From positions 1 to 47,144 of the IMG/VR virus record IMGVR_UViG_3300045988_159385: a DNA stretch of 47,144 nt. The stretch is one strand, 5' to 3'. The translations under genes were made by a program, and so were the position numbers. The stretch is from a virus. Shown in pieces: positions 16,354 through 25,970 of this stretch; the stretch's first letter is position 1; every line of letters begins with the position of its first letter. The notes below the pieces were generated by a model. The model did not search any database and had not been told where the DNA came from. It saw only the letters and a list, made by a program, of their open reading frames with translations.

Positions 16354-16548
16354 ATGTTTGATAATATACCACGTGAAGAATTAATAGAATTTTTAATAGC
16401 TTTAGCAGATACTTTTATACACTGGGCTAAATGGTTCTTAATAACTGGAATAGTATTCGCTATTTTAGGCTGTGCGATATTTGGACTTGTTGTAATTCTT
16501 AGAAGTAGAGAGGTTAACAATGTTAGAAAAATTAAAAAAACTAGATAA
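16354..16548 (+). CDS. Small membrane protein (64 aa)
   Basis: AAGGAG SD and a C-terminal TM segment. Confidence 0.45.
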   Translation: MFDNIPREELIEFLIALADTFIHWAKWFLITGIVFAILGCAIFGLVVILRSREVNNVRKIKKTR

Positions 16549-16720
16549 TGAATTAAAAGATAATGTTAATGATCTTTATCCAAGATTTAAAAAGTTTGTG
16601 GAATTTACATATAAATATAATAAAAATTGTGATGCTGATACTGTTCTGTTCAATGATCAGGAACAACATTATTTTGAAACTTGTTTAAGTATACTAGAAA
16701 ATGTTAAGAATAATTTATAA
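16520..16720 (+). CDS. Hypothetical protein (66 aa)
   Basis: ORF with a GAGAGG SD. Confidence 0.4.
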   Translation: MLEKLKKLDNELKDNVNDLYPRFKKFVEFTYKYNKNCDADTVLFNDQEQHYFETCLSILENVKNNL

Positions 16721-16794
16721 AATAATGAAAAAAGGCTATAATTCATAAATAGATTTTAGTTATAAATTAGCAAGAAGGAGAGAAAATAAAAAAA

Positions 16795-17358
16795 ATGAAA
16801 AAAGAATTATTGAATGCACTTAAAAATTTAGATACGCAAACAATTATTGATTTTGTAGAGAGTGAAATGAAAGAGGTTTACAAAGAAACTTATAGTAATC
16901 CTGTATTTGGATGGACATATAGTATTATATTAGATGCTGATGGAGTATTATGGAGTACATTATTGTCCCCTGGAGGTAGACCAATGTCAGTGCATGAAGG
17001 TGATAGTGTTATATTAGGTTCTATAAATTCACAAAGTGAAATTGAAAGCGAACTTGTTAATTTAGATGTAATTAATAATCTTACAGAGGAAGAAAGAGAA
17101 AAATTTATAGAAGAATTTAAAACGTGTTATTTATGTTCTGATGGATATGATGAGGAAAACTTCAGTATATATGATTACTTAAATTGTGAATATATAAATG
17201 ATATAGAAGAATGTTATAAAGATCTGTTCCCAGATAAATGGGAAGAACTTATAGAAATTTATATTGATAATGAATGGGAATATTATTTAAGGGATGGTAT
17301 AGTTGATGAAATTTGTAATAGCAGGGATGAACTAATAAACATAGAGAGCAGTTTTTAA
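16795..17358 (+). CDS. Highly acidic protein (187 aa); candidate DNA mimic or anti-restriction protein
   Basis: Roughly a quarter of residues are Asp or Glu and basic residues are few. Confidence 0.4.
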   Translation: MKKELLNALKNLDTQTIIDFVESEMKEVYKETYSNPVFGWTYSIILDADGVLWSTLLSPGGRPMSVHEGDSVILGSINSQSEIESELVNLDVINNLTEEEREKFIEEFKTCYLCSDGYDEENFSIYDYLNCEYINDIEECYKDLFPDKWEELIEIYIDNEWEYYLRDGIVDEICNSRDELINIESSF

Positions 17359-17445
17359 ATAGGAACTATATATGCTGCTATTACTATACAATAGTAGCAT
17401 ATAAAACAATTAATATGGATAGTTCACGAATAATTTATAAAAGAG

Positions 17446-17847
17446 GTGTTGGATTTGGAGAATGAAAATAATAATATTGTAGTTTGTGTCCCTGATGATA
17501 TTAAAAAAATAGAAAAGGGCATAAAGGCTTTAGAGTATCAAATATCTATTGACAATAATGAGTATGATAGAAAAATTCACATTTATGCTTTAAATTGCTA
17601 TCAGGACAAATTTAAAATATTAAAGCTTGATAAATTAAGAAAGAAATTAAAACAAGAAGAAGAATTATTTGATAATGCTGTAGATAATGAAAGCAAGGAG
17701 TTACATTTGTCAAATATTCATAAATTGAATGTTAAGATAGCACAATTAAATCCAAAGAATAAAATAGATGATGATTTAATAAAAGCTCCTTTTGAGTACA
17801 TCTGGAGTGAAGAAGAATCTTTATTTTTCACTGATAGTGATGAATAG
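17446..17847 (+). CDS. Hypothetical protein (about 130 aa)
   Basis: ORF; the start is uncertain (GTG or TTG near 17446-17455). Confidence 0.35.
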   Translation: MLDLENENNNIVVCVPDDIKKIEKGIKALEYQISIDNNEYDRKIHIYALNCYQDKFKILKLDKLRKKLKQEEELFDNAVDNESKELHLSNIHKLNVKIAQLNPKNKIDDDLIKAPFEYIWSEEESLFFTDSDE

Positions 17848-17863
17848 GAGGGTATAAAATAAA

Positions 17864-18082
17864 ATGAAATGGTTAGGTTATAATGTAGAAAATGATAGAT
17901 ATGGAATATTAGAAAATGATCTGTGGGTAGATACTGGGTTACACTGTGGGGAATGTTTAGAAGTATTTATAGATGGTAAGTGGATAGCTGATAGAATAGA
18001 ATTTGACCACTCAATAAATAGTTGGTATTTAGTATATAGTAAACTGTATGGTGAACAGTTAGAAAATTTAATAGTTAGATAA
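17864..18082 (+). CDS. Hypothetical protein (72 aa)
   Basis: GGAGGG SD. Confidence 0.4.
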   Translation: MKWLGYNVENDRYGILENDLWVDTGLHCGECLEVFIDGKWIADRIEFDHSINSWYLVYSKLYGEQLENLIVR

Positions 18083-18117
18083 GTAAACATAAAAAGTTAA
18101 AGGTATACTTTTTTACT

Positions 18118-18144
18118 GAACAATTTGATTATATTGCGAAGGAG
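18118..18144 (+). promoter_or_regulatory. Conserved motif copy (plus orientation)
   Basis: TGAACAATTTGATTATATTGCGAAGGA directly before the SD and ATG of gene 18154. Confidence 0.5.
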
Positions 18145-18153
18145 TAAAAAGTT

Positions 18154-18387
18154 ATGAGGAAATATAAATGTATAAATGAAATGATGATAGAAGTTGTTGA
18201 TGGAGATGGAGCAATTATTTACAACGAATATAATTTTATAGAAAAGGGAAGTATGTGGGAATTAGATGATTCTGACTTTAGAGTGTGTGATGGAGAAGTT
18301 AGGTTATTAAATTTTGAAGATGGTATATATAGTTGGATTGAAATGCCTTATGAAGATTTAGAAAAACATTTTGAAGAGTTATTATAA
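18154..18387 (+). CDS. Acidic hypothetical protein (77 aa)
   Basis: AAGGAG SD. A plus-orientation copy of the conserved motif lies at 18118-18144. Confidence 0.45.
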   Translation: MRKYKCINEMMIEVVDGDGAIIYNEYNFIEKGSMWELDDSDFRVCDGEVRLLNFEDGIYSWIEMPYEDLEKHFEELL

Positions 18388-18413
18388 CGAACAATTTAAT
18401 TTGCATTACGAAG
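18388..18413 (+). promoter_or_regulatory. Conserved motif copy (plus orientation)
   Basis: CGAACAATTTAATTTGCATTACGAAG before gene 18430. Confidence 0.45.
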
Positions 18414-18429
18414 TAAATGGAGGGGAATT

Positions 18430-18804
18430 ATGAGAAAATCACAAGTAGTTAGAATGAATAAAATCAATGAATTAATCGAAGTTATAGCTAATACAGATAG
18501 AAGGTTTTTTTATCACAAAAGTAAAGAGAGTATTGATAAATTCATAGAAGGTAAAACAACAGTATTTTTCTATGATGTTTATTTAGATAAAAAAATAAGC
18601 TTAACATATAAAAATAGACATAATTTTAGTCATGGTGGCACTCTTTGGGGATTAGTTAATGATTTTAAAGAGTGGATAATAACTGGAAAACCTTCAAATG
18701 GTTCAAATGGATATGGCGGAGTTTATTGTCCTCATTGGGGATATAGCGAAGAAGGTCAATTAAAAGTTATAGAAAAAGCAAAAGAAATTGGATTTATAAA
18801 ATAG
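18430..18804 (+). CDS. Hypothetical protein (124 aa)
   Basis: GGAGGGG SD; motif copy at 18388-18413. Confidence 0.45.
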   Translation: MRKSQVVRMNKINELIEVIANTDRRFFYHKSKESIDKFIEGKTTVFFYDVYLDKKISLTYKNRHNFSHGGTLWGLVNDFKEWIITGKPSNGSNGYGGVYCPHWGYSEEGQLKVIEKAKEIGFIK

Positions 18805-18828
18805 TTCACAATTCAAATACTTGTAAGA
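18804..18828 (+). promoter_or_regulatory. Conserved motif copy (plus orientation) before the pseudogene
   Basis: GTTCACAATTCAAATACTTGTAAGA. Confidence 0.45.
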
Positions 18829-18897
18829 TGGAGGAAGAGTAATAGATTGCCCGAACTGCGAAAAAGAAATTGAAATTGATGAGGTGGAGTGGATTTA
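18828..18897 (+). pseudogene. Remnant of a Cys-rich mini-gene (3' end only)
   Basis: A motif copy (18804-18828) and GGAGG precede it, but the start codon is lost. IDCPNCEKEIEIDEVEWI* matches the C-terminus IECPYCNKNIEIDEVEWI* of ORF 6177..6515. Confidence 0.5.
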
Positions 18898-18984
18898 ATG
18901 GTATCAGTATTAGAAACTAAAAAGAAAGCTAAGAAGCACTAAAGTAAAAAGAAATTTGAGATATAAATAATAATGTTTATATAA

Positions 18985-19030
18985 AAAAAATAAGGCTAAA
19001 AGCAGATTTTTTCTACTTTCAGCCTTTTTT
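18985..19030. terminator. Bidirectional terminator between the plus-strand block and the lysis genes
   Basis: GGCTAAAAGCAGAtttttTCTACTTTCAGCC hairpin flanked by A and T runs. Confidence 0.55.
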
Positions 19031-19036
19031 GTTTAC

Positions 19037-19738
19037 CTATATAGCATGTCCAAATCTTTCACCTGTGGCAACATTTGTTATTGCACAATAACCTTGTGTA
19101 CCATTTGTCCTGTTATATTGAATCCAATTATACCCGAATTTATTTCTATGTACTGTATGATACTCTACGCTTCCCCCTGCTTCATAACATACTCCTGTAA
19201 AACTTGAATTATCTAGGTTTGGGGCTGTTCTTATTTTTACTTTTGTATTAAAATAATAAGTCCCCTGTTCTTCATAAGAATATCCATCATTGTTATTAGC
19301 ATTATTACTAGCTCCACTCATAAATAACTTGTATTCTTCTTCTCTTCTTCTTACAAGTCCAGCTAAGACAACTCCCCCACCTTTATTATATAATTTACAT
19401 TCTTCTGCTATTTCTTGCTTAGTATTACAACAAGACATAACAGCTTGTAAAGAACCAACTCCACAGTTATATGTAAAGCTAGTAAGTGCATCGAACTCTT
19501 CTTGAGTAAAATTAAATCTACTATTATATCTATCTACTGCATCAGCGTAATATTTAACATCTTCTCTAAGCATATTATCAGCTTGTGCTTGAGTAATACT
19601 CATTCCTGCATATACATCTGGGCCATAATGTCCCCATCCTATAGTATAATATTGTTCTGTTTGTACTGGTTTATATGCTGTTAACCTACACCCTTCAAAA
19701 GACTTTATTAATTCTAAACCTTTGTTTCCTATATTCAT
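19037..19738 (-). CDS. Endolysin: GH24 phage lysozyme domain plus a C-terminal cell-wall-binding domain
   Basis: LIKSFEGCRLTAYKP...YTIGWGH...FDALTSFTYNCG is the phage-lysozyme signature, with an SH3b-like C-terminus. The SD-supported start is ATG at 19738. Confidence 0.8.
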   Translation of the reverse strand: MNIGNKGLELIKSFEGCRLTAYKPVQTEQYYTIGWGHYGPDVYAGMSITQAQADNMLREDVKYYADAVDRYNSRFNFTQEEFDALTSFTYNCGVGSLQAVMSCCNTKQEIAEECKLYNKGGGVVLAGLVRRREEEYKLFMSGASNNANNNDGYSYEEQGTYYFNTKVKIRTAPNLDNSSFTGVCYEAGGSVEYHTVHRNKFGYNWIQYNRTNGTQGYCAITNVATGERFGHAI

Positions 19739-19751
19739 AACCAAACACTCC

Positions 19752-20060
19752 TTAAATTTTATTTTTAATTTCAGCTACATTATTTTCAATGCTAGTAATC
19801 TTATGCGAAAACTCATTTATAAGTAATCTATTGCTTTCTGTAAGCTCTTTGTTAGCTTCTAATAGCTTTTCATTTACAATTCTATTTTTCTCTATAGAAG
19901 CGATAAGCATATCTCGTTCTTTATTGTTTCTCTCTCTTATTTCTGCGTCAACTATAGCTTTCTCTTTATCTTTTTTGTTTATATACCACCCTAGGGTAGC
20001 TACCATAGCAACTGGGAAACCTAGCGTGTTTATAACTTCACTTATAAAGTTTGCATCCAT
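19752..20060 (-). CDS. Holin-like protein (BhlA/UviB-type: N-terminal TM plus coiled coil)
   Basis: One TM segment VINTLGFPVAMVATLGWYI, then a coiled coil. Sits immediately upstream of the endolysin. Confidence 0.5.
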   Translation of the reverse strand: MDANFISEVINTLGFPVAMVATLGWYINKKDKEKAIVDAEIRERNNKERDMLIASIEKNRIVNEKLLEANKELTESNRLLINEFSHKITSIENNVAEIKNKI

Positions 20061-20090
20061 TTATTTTGCCCCTTTCATGTTTACTTTTAT

Positions 20091-20124
20091 ATAATAAAAA
20101 GACTACTTATTGCTAAGCAGTCTT
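20091..20124 (-). terminator. Intrinsic terminator after the structural operon
   Basis: Minus-strand hairpin AAGACTGCTTAGCAATAAGTAGTCTT followed by a T-run. Confidence 0.4.
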
Positions 20125-20134
20125 GTAGCTAATC

Positions 20135-22597
20135 TTATTTTGCACATATATAATAATAACCAATCTGATTATCTACAGAAGGGATAGAAACCTCTATGTC
20201 ATCATTAGTTCTATCTATGTTAAATTTTTCATATAGTTCTGGATAATCATCTCTATTAATAGCTTGTCCGTTTACCTTTAGCCATGTGTTAGTTCCATCT
20301 TCAAGACTATTTCCAGCATCATATGATAGATTTTTATACTCACCTATCACATTACGAGGATACATTTGAGTAACATTTTCTAATTCAAATCTTGTAACTA
20401 CTTCAGAAGTCGTTTCATAACAGATCTTGTACGGTATTTCAATTCTTGAATTTGCACTTAGAGATGAGTTGACATCAGGTCTTGCTGTAGCAGACCACGC
20501 ATTGTTATTCCCTGTCGAGCTTTTAACACAAGCAATACCGTGATTATTGCTATTAGCTGAAAGCATAAAGCCAAAGCCAATTCCCTCGCTACCGCTATTG
20601 ATATTGACTGGTATCTTAGCACATTTACAACCTGCTATTTCTTCATCAATAATTGGGTATGTTCCAGCCGATAGAGTACTAATTATTCTATTGTTTCTAT
20701 TAAATGCAAATATATCTAAAGTTACATTTTGCCCCACACGCCCATTTTTGATAGGTAGCAATACATGAGAAATTTGTTTATTATTGTCATTATATTTTTC
20801 GTTTAAATATGCACAATATCTGTTTACATCATAACCAACTATGTTAGCACTATTAATATCTTTCTTAATAAAAGCTCTAGTAAATACTCTATTTACTCTA
20901 GGACTATAACTATTAAAAGTATTCCTTTGGGTAAATGTATTATCTTGATTTTTATGAACTCTTTCATCTAAAGCTTGTTTAATAGTTTGGTTTGTACTGC
21001 TATTAATATTAATGTTATCTGAATATATAGTTATATTGCCATTGTTTTGGCTTTGCCCATTAACCGTATTTGGCTTACCGTCTAAAGCTTGTTTCATATT
21101 AGTATTTGTACTAGCATGATATTTAATATGTTCAGCCAATACAGTTACATTACCACTTGGATTAGGAGATTGCCCATTAACCGTACGAACTCCCCCGTTT
21201 TGTTCAGCTGGCAGTATACTAGGATCTAGTTTTCCATTATCGCCTATTCTTGGTATTTTATTAGCTTTATTGCCTACTTCATCATATTTAATAGAATTAG
21301 ATATACCACGTTGCATATCACCTATATCATCTTGCAATGTTCTAACCGCCTCAATGTTATATCTATGAATAACTTTGTCATTTGTAGTGCTAGCTTTAGA
21401 TGATATAGAGTGAGTCTGGTTAAGCACAAAAGGATCACGAATGATTGCATGTCTTACGTCACCTTTAGTGTCATTTGCTATAAGTATCTTCCCACTACTC
21501 ATCTTTTGTCCCAAAATATAATAAGTATCTCTTTCAAAGATTCTATTAAGTTGTATTCTAATACATTTCCCATATCCAGCAACATCAGACACTCTAATTC
21601 TCGAATTGCTAAATGGTACATTAACTATTCTATCATTATTTATCCTATCTCCTCTATGAACCTCATATATGTATATATCAGAAAGTTCACTTCCAACACT
21701 TGCCTCATCTGTAACTCTTATATCTAAATATGTAACATATGAGCCAGTTGGAATATATATATTTCTATCGAAATAAACCGCCCAATCACTACCATGTTTA
21801 GTATCACCATCTAGAAGTAATTGTTGAATATAATGTTTGTATTTTATATCTACACTATCATTCAGTTTAACATTAGCATTAAAGATATTTGTACTATCAA
21901 AAGTATTAGAGTCGTTTTTACTCGCTTTTGTATTAACAGAAGTAACAACATCATTTAAACTTAATTCTTCTGACAATACAAACCATTGCGGTATATAATT
22001 TGTAAGATTTGTTCTCAAAGTAGTTCCTACCGCTGGGAATGACCTACCCTCTGGCCATATTGTTGGCCAGTTGCTACCACTTGGAGTATTCCCCCACTTC
22101 ATTCCACTGAAACCAGCTATAAAGTAAACTTGTGTATCAAAAGCAGTATTAACTGGTATCATTATCATTTTACTTGAACTTATATGCCCAAGTGTGTTTT
22201 TTACAACTAATGCACTATCTACAGTTAATATGTGATAAACTTGATTATCATTACTTTTTACTGCTGCTAATTTTATATTATTTAATTGTGTGCCAATCTC
22301 TAAATCATCTTTTACTGCAATACAAACATAAGAAATATTAGTATTAGCACTTACAGTTAGGTTAGGAGAACCACACCAGGAAGAATTTTCACTAATATGA
22401 TGAACAGCGTTAGTATTATTGACAACACTTAAAGCATTATGAAGTAATCTACCGTCTAATAATGTAGTTTTTCCAGTAACTAAATTTTCTTGTGTTTTGC
22501 TAACATAATCATTGGCAATAGCTTCTATCTTTGCTTTAGCTTTTCGCCATAGGTCTTGAGTAATATCTTTTAATTGTTCAAAATTTGCTATACTCAT
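20135..22597 (-). CDS. Tail fibre or receptor-binding protein (820 aa) with a C-terminal tail-collar-like domain
   Basis: N-terminus is shared with ORF 22613..23893. Internal repeats of about 37 aa (VNGQS...GN..IKY...TN..KQALDE). C-terminus WLKVNGQAINRDDYPELYEKF resembles a tail collar domain. Confidence 0.6.
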   Translation of the reverse strand: MSIANFEQLKDITQDLWRKAKAKIEAIANDYVSKTQENLVTGKTTLLDGRLLHNALSVVNNTNAVHHISENSSWCGSPNLTVSANTNISYVCIAVKDDLEIGTQLNNIKLAAVKSNDNQVYHILTVDSALVVKNTLGHISSSKMIMIPVNTAFDTQVYFIAGFSGMKWGNTPSGSNWPTIWPEGRSFPAVGTTLRTNLTNYIPQWFVLSEELSLNDVVTSVNTKASKNDSNTFDSTNIFNANVKLNDSVDIKYKHYIQQLLLDGDTKHGSDWAVYFDRNIYIPTGSYVTYLDIRVTDEASVGSELSDIYIYEVHRGDRINNDRIVNVPFSNSRIRVSDVAGYGKCIRIQLNRIFERDTYYILGQKMSSGKILIANDTKGDVRHAIIRDPFVLNQTHSISSKASTTNDKVIHRYNIEAVRTLQDDIGDMQRGISNSIKYDEVGNKANKIPRIGDNGKLDPSILPAEQNGGVRTVNGQSPNPSGNVTVLAEHIKYHASTNTNMKQALDGKPNTVNGQSQNNGNITIYSDNININSSTNQTIKQALDERVHKNQDNTFTQRNTFNSYSPRVNRVFTRAFIKKDINSANIVGYDVNRYCAYLNEKYNDNNKQISHVLLPIKNGRVGQNVTLDIFAFNRNNRIISTLSAGTYPIIDEEIAGCKCAKIPVNINSGSEGIGFGFMLSANSNNHGIACVKSSTGNNNAWSATARPDVNSSLSANSRIEIPYKICYETTSEVVTRFELENVTQMYPRNVIGEYKNLSYDAGNSLEDGTNTWLKVNGQAINRDDYPELYEKFNIDRTNDDIEVSIPSVDNQIGYYYICAK

Positions 22598-22612
22598 TTA
22601 TGTTGCCTCCGT

Positions 22613-23893
22613 CTATACAAACAATGCTTTTATTTGATTCACTTCATCTGTAGTCATATATGTTGCTACTGTTACAGGTGTACCTCCAGTTGCACCAAAA
22701 GTCATAGTTATGCCTGTTGTTCCAGCTTCTGCAACAGTAACATCTATATTCCCTTGCGCATCTGGTCTACCATTTTTAATAGTTTTAACGCTTTTGCCAT
22801 TCTCAGCAACTAAAGCATCAATAGCATCTTCGACTGTAGCCTTATTAGCCCCCGCTATTTGTTTACCGTAAGTAACATTATTGGCTTTAAAAGCTTCTGT
22901 TAAGTCAACATCAGATGTCGCACCAGTAGCTTTTGTTATCTCCAACTTCTTTTTATCGCTAGCCTTTAATGTAATATTGCTTACTTTTTCATCTAGCACA
23001 GCTTTTACAGTTTTGGCATTTGTATCAGCATTGTATTTGATATTATCAGCATTAACAACAACATTACCATCTGCGCCTGGAGCAATATTGTTAACTTTTG
23101 TTACTATACCATCTGCTTGTGTCTTTCTTAACTTTTCAGCTAAAGAAGTGATACTCTCTCTACCTACTAAGCATAATGCTAACATGTTATCTTCTGCATT
23201 ATAACCAGTCCACACTATATGACTACCCGGTGTAGTTGGAGGAGCCATTGATAGATTCACAACATCTTTAGCATGCTCAGGTGGTATATTGGTAATAACA
23301 CGAACCTCTTTTTGTACACATTGAACTATAAAATATACTTCCTCTTGGAATTTCTCATTGATAGTGATTTTAGCGCACTTATAAGTTGTATTATTTATAG
23401 TGCATTCTTTAACTGGTGCTTGTATAGTTCTACTAGTATGATATGCGTTCAAAACAACATCATCATTTCTAGTAGCTCCTTTTTTGATAGCCCACACTTG
23501 CCAATCGGTTTGTTCATCTACAGGCAAAGCAGGATCTACCAAGGCTAACAAATGGCTAACATATCCATCTACAAAGCTTTTCGATGTTGTGCCTCTACAT
23601 CCAGAAAATCTACGAAGATTAGCTGCTCCACTTAATCTTCCAATATGTAAGTTATTTATGCTACCAGCACTATCAACTGACACATCCTTTTTAAATTCTG
23701 CTCTTTCATCTACAGAGGCTAGGTTGCTTAATTCAGCTTCCAGTTCAAGTGCTGGAGTTTGTGCATTTGTTACCTTAATTTTCTTACTTGATTTATCATA
23801 ACTTATGCTTTTGATATCTCTTGCTTTTGCTTTTGTCCACAAGTCTCTAGTTATATCTTCAAGCTGATCATGTTTTACTATATTGTTTGACAT
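22613..23893 (-). CDS. Tail fibre protein paralog (426 aa)
   Basis: The N-terminal 30 aa are homologous to the 820-aa fibre. One copy of the fibre repeat. C-terminal motif MTTDEVNQIKALFV is shared with ORF 23908..24222. Confidence 0.55.
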   Translation of the reverse strand: MSNNIVKHDQLEDITRDLWTKAKARDIKSISYDKSSKKIKVTNAQTPALELEAELSNLASVDERAEFKKDVSVDSAGSINNLHIGRLSGAANLRRFSGCRGTTSKSFVDGYVSHLLALVDPALPVDEQTDWQVWAIKKGATRNDDVVLNAYHTSRTIQAPVKECTINNTTYKCAKITINEKFQEEVYFIVQCVQKEVRVITNIPPEHAKDVVNLSMAPPTTPGSHIVWTGYNAEDNMLALCLVGRESITSLAEKLRKTQADGIVTKVNNIAPGADGNVVVNADNIKYNADTNAKTVKAVLDEKVSNITLKASDKKKLEITKATGATSDVDLTEAFKANNVTYGKQIAGANKATVEDAIDALVAENGKSVKTIKNGRPDAQGNIDVTVAEAGTTGITMTFGATGGTPVTVATYMTTDEVNQIKALFV

Positions 23894-23907
23894 AAATTTC
23901 TCTCCTT

Positions 23908-24222
23908 TTACGTAAATAAATTTTTAATATTTTGAACCTCCTGAGCCGTCATGAAGTGTATTTCTCCTCTAACCACACCAGAACTATCAAGAAATTCATA
24001 TCTATTCCCGTCATTAGATACCCTAACACTTGTTAAAGCATTAGTATTATTTCCTCCACCGCCTATTCCACCTTTATGACACAGATACTCTAAATACTCC
24101 TCGATACGAGAATTTGGAACAGGAAGTGTATTTAAATTTGTATTCCTTCCAGCTATACAATTTAAAAATTCTTCTGAACGAGAGCCGATGTAACTAGGTA
24201 AATTTGCTAAATCTTTAGCCAT
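23908..24222 (-). CDS. Small fibre-associated protein (104 aa) with Gly-rich stretch
   Basis: C-terminal motif MTAQEVQNIKNLFT is shared with the 426-aa fibre. Confidence 0.4.
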   Translation of the reverse strand: MAKDLANLPSYIGSRSEEFLNCIAGRNTNLNTLPVPNSRIEEYLEYLCHKGGIGGGGNNTNALTSVRVSNDGNRYEFLDSSGVVRGEIHFMTAQEVQNIKNLFT

Positions 24223-24251
24223 TTTTCACACCTCCTTTTTTAAATTGCAAA

Positions 24252-25964
24252 TTATGAAGTGAAAAAACTATCTGAATTAGTAAGTTTACTTATAGAAACT
24301 TGAAACTCACTAATCCACTTTTCACCAATTTTAGGAGTATAGGCAAATACTTTAGGGTAATACAGTTTCAATCCTGTTTTCCTATCTGCAACATACATAT
24401 TTTTAGAATAATTAGATAACATTTTTTCAGTATTTAGTCCCTTGATTGAAACAACATAATTATCTGTTACATTCCACCCTATCATGTTATCAGTTTTGCT
24501 ATTTCCTTTTTCTGATTCATTTTTTTCTGCAACTATAATATCTTGGGTATTGCCTAACATTGCTCTATCTGAATAAGTTTCAAACATAGCATTGTAACTT
24601 CTTTCAACGGAAGGAGTGGCTATCCATTCTAAATTCCATTTTATATGACACCCATCACTTGTGAAATGATGTATTAAATTCACTTTAGCTATATCAGTAT
24701 TAACATTCATTAGCATTAAATCTTGTATTATAACAATGTCTTTAGCAGCATAAAAAGTGTTAACTTGAATATTAGAAAAATCTTTTAAAACACCATCTAT
24801 ATAAATTTTTTGATTATTAGTAACTGCCGGTCTTAGATTTTTATGATAAGTACCTCCCCAAACTCTACTACCATTTAGTTCTGTTAATAAAGCTAACTCT
24901 ATTGCACTCTGACCATATCTAAATAAACTTTGTCCGCTTGGTAGATCTTCAACCGTTTCAACCACCCCCCTTAAGTCATCAAAGTTAACTTTTGAGTTAG
25001 TAATTAGATATCTATACCATACCTTATTTCCAGATGATAAATTATTTCTATTTCCAGTAACCTTAATTCTTACTGTATGTTCTATATTATTAAGTCCAGT
25101 AGCTAGTGTTACTCTAACATTCTTACCAGCGTTATTAGCATACATATCTAATTGTTGAGTTACAACCCCATCTATGCTTATTTCTGCAATGCCATTACTG
25201 TTCAATTCTAAATACTCTAAAATTATTTCTGTACCAAATACCTTCTCTTCAATATAATCACCTGTGTTGTCTGAATATATTTTATCACTTGAACTATTCC
25301 AAGTACCTGTTTTTACAAGTGTTGGTGAAGCTGTATCTTTTTGAGTTGTATTTCCTAAGATAACATTTCTAACTTGGTCAATTTGCCAAGCATTACCGTT
25401 AGCGTGCGAAGCTACAGCATTATCAAATCCATTACTTCTAGTGAAATTCCACTTTTGATATCTACTTAAATAATGATTAATATAAACATCAATATTATCA
25501 TTATCAGTTTTTCTGATAACTAAATTTTTATCATTTGCAACCTTAGTTTTGTTATATACTAAATTCCAATCTTGTTGCAACGCAATAGCCTCTAATTGTG
25601 AATCAAAGTTATCTAGCCTAGCCTTTAAACTCTTATGAACAACATTTTTAGAATCTGTTCTAGAACTAATAACTTCATTATTCAATGCGGCATGAACTTC
25701 ATCACTTTTGTCTAGTCTTTTGCCCAATGTATCAAACTGAGTACCATCTGCTTTTACTCTTGCTGCAACAATTTCAGCATTGCTATTACCTGCGTTTATT
25801 ATAAGTTGGTTGAACTTATTATCTAAGCTAGTTTGGGCAGTGCTTGTATTAACTTGTTCTTTGTTTATAAGTTCTATAGCATTAGCAATAGAGCTTCTTA
25901 CTTCTCTACCATACACCGCTTTTCTTATTTGTTCTAATTCTGTATTTATATTAGCCATTTGCAT
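24252..25964 (-). CDS. Baseplate or receptor-binding protein (570 aa)
   Basis: Coiled-coil N-terminus INTELEQIRKAVYGREVRSSIANAIE; large beta-rich body; sits downstream of Tal. Confidence 0.45.
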   Translation of the reverse strand: MQMANINTELEQIRKAVYGREVRSSIANAIELINKEQVNTSTAQTSLDNKFNQLIINAGNSNAEIVAARVKADGTQFDTLGKRLDKSDEVHAALNNEVISSRTDSKNVVHKSLKARLDNFDSQLEAIALQQDWNLVYNKTKVANDKNLVIRKTDNDNIDVYINHYLSRYQKWNFTRSNGFDNAVASHANGNAWQIDQVRNVILGNTTQKDTASPTLVKTGTWNSSSDKIYSDNTGDYIEEKVFGTEIILEYLELNSNGIAEISIDGVVTQQLDMYANNAGKNVRVTLATGLNNIEHTVRIKVTGNRNNLSSGNKVWYRYLITNSKVNFDDLRGVVETVEDLPSGQSLFRYGQSAIELALLTELNGSRVWGGTYHKNLRPAVTNNQKIYIDGVLKDFSNIQVNTFYAAKDIVIIQDLMLMNVNTDIAKVNLIHHFTSDGCHIKWNLEWIATPSVERSYNAMFETYSDRAMLGNTQDIIVAEKNESEKGNSKTDNMIGWNVTDNYVVSIKGLNTEKMLSNYSKNMYVADRKTGLKLYYPKVFAYTPKIGEKWISEFQVSISKLTNSDSFFTS

Positions 25965-25970
25965 CCCCCT

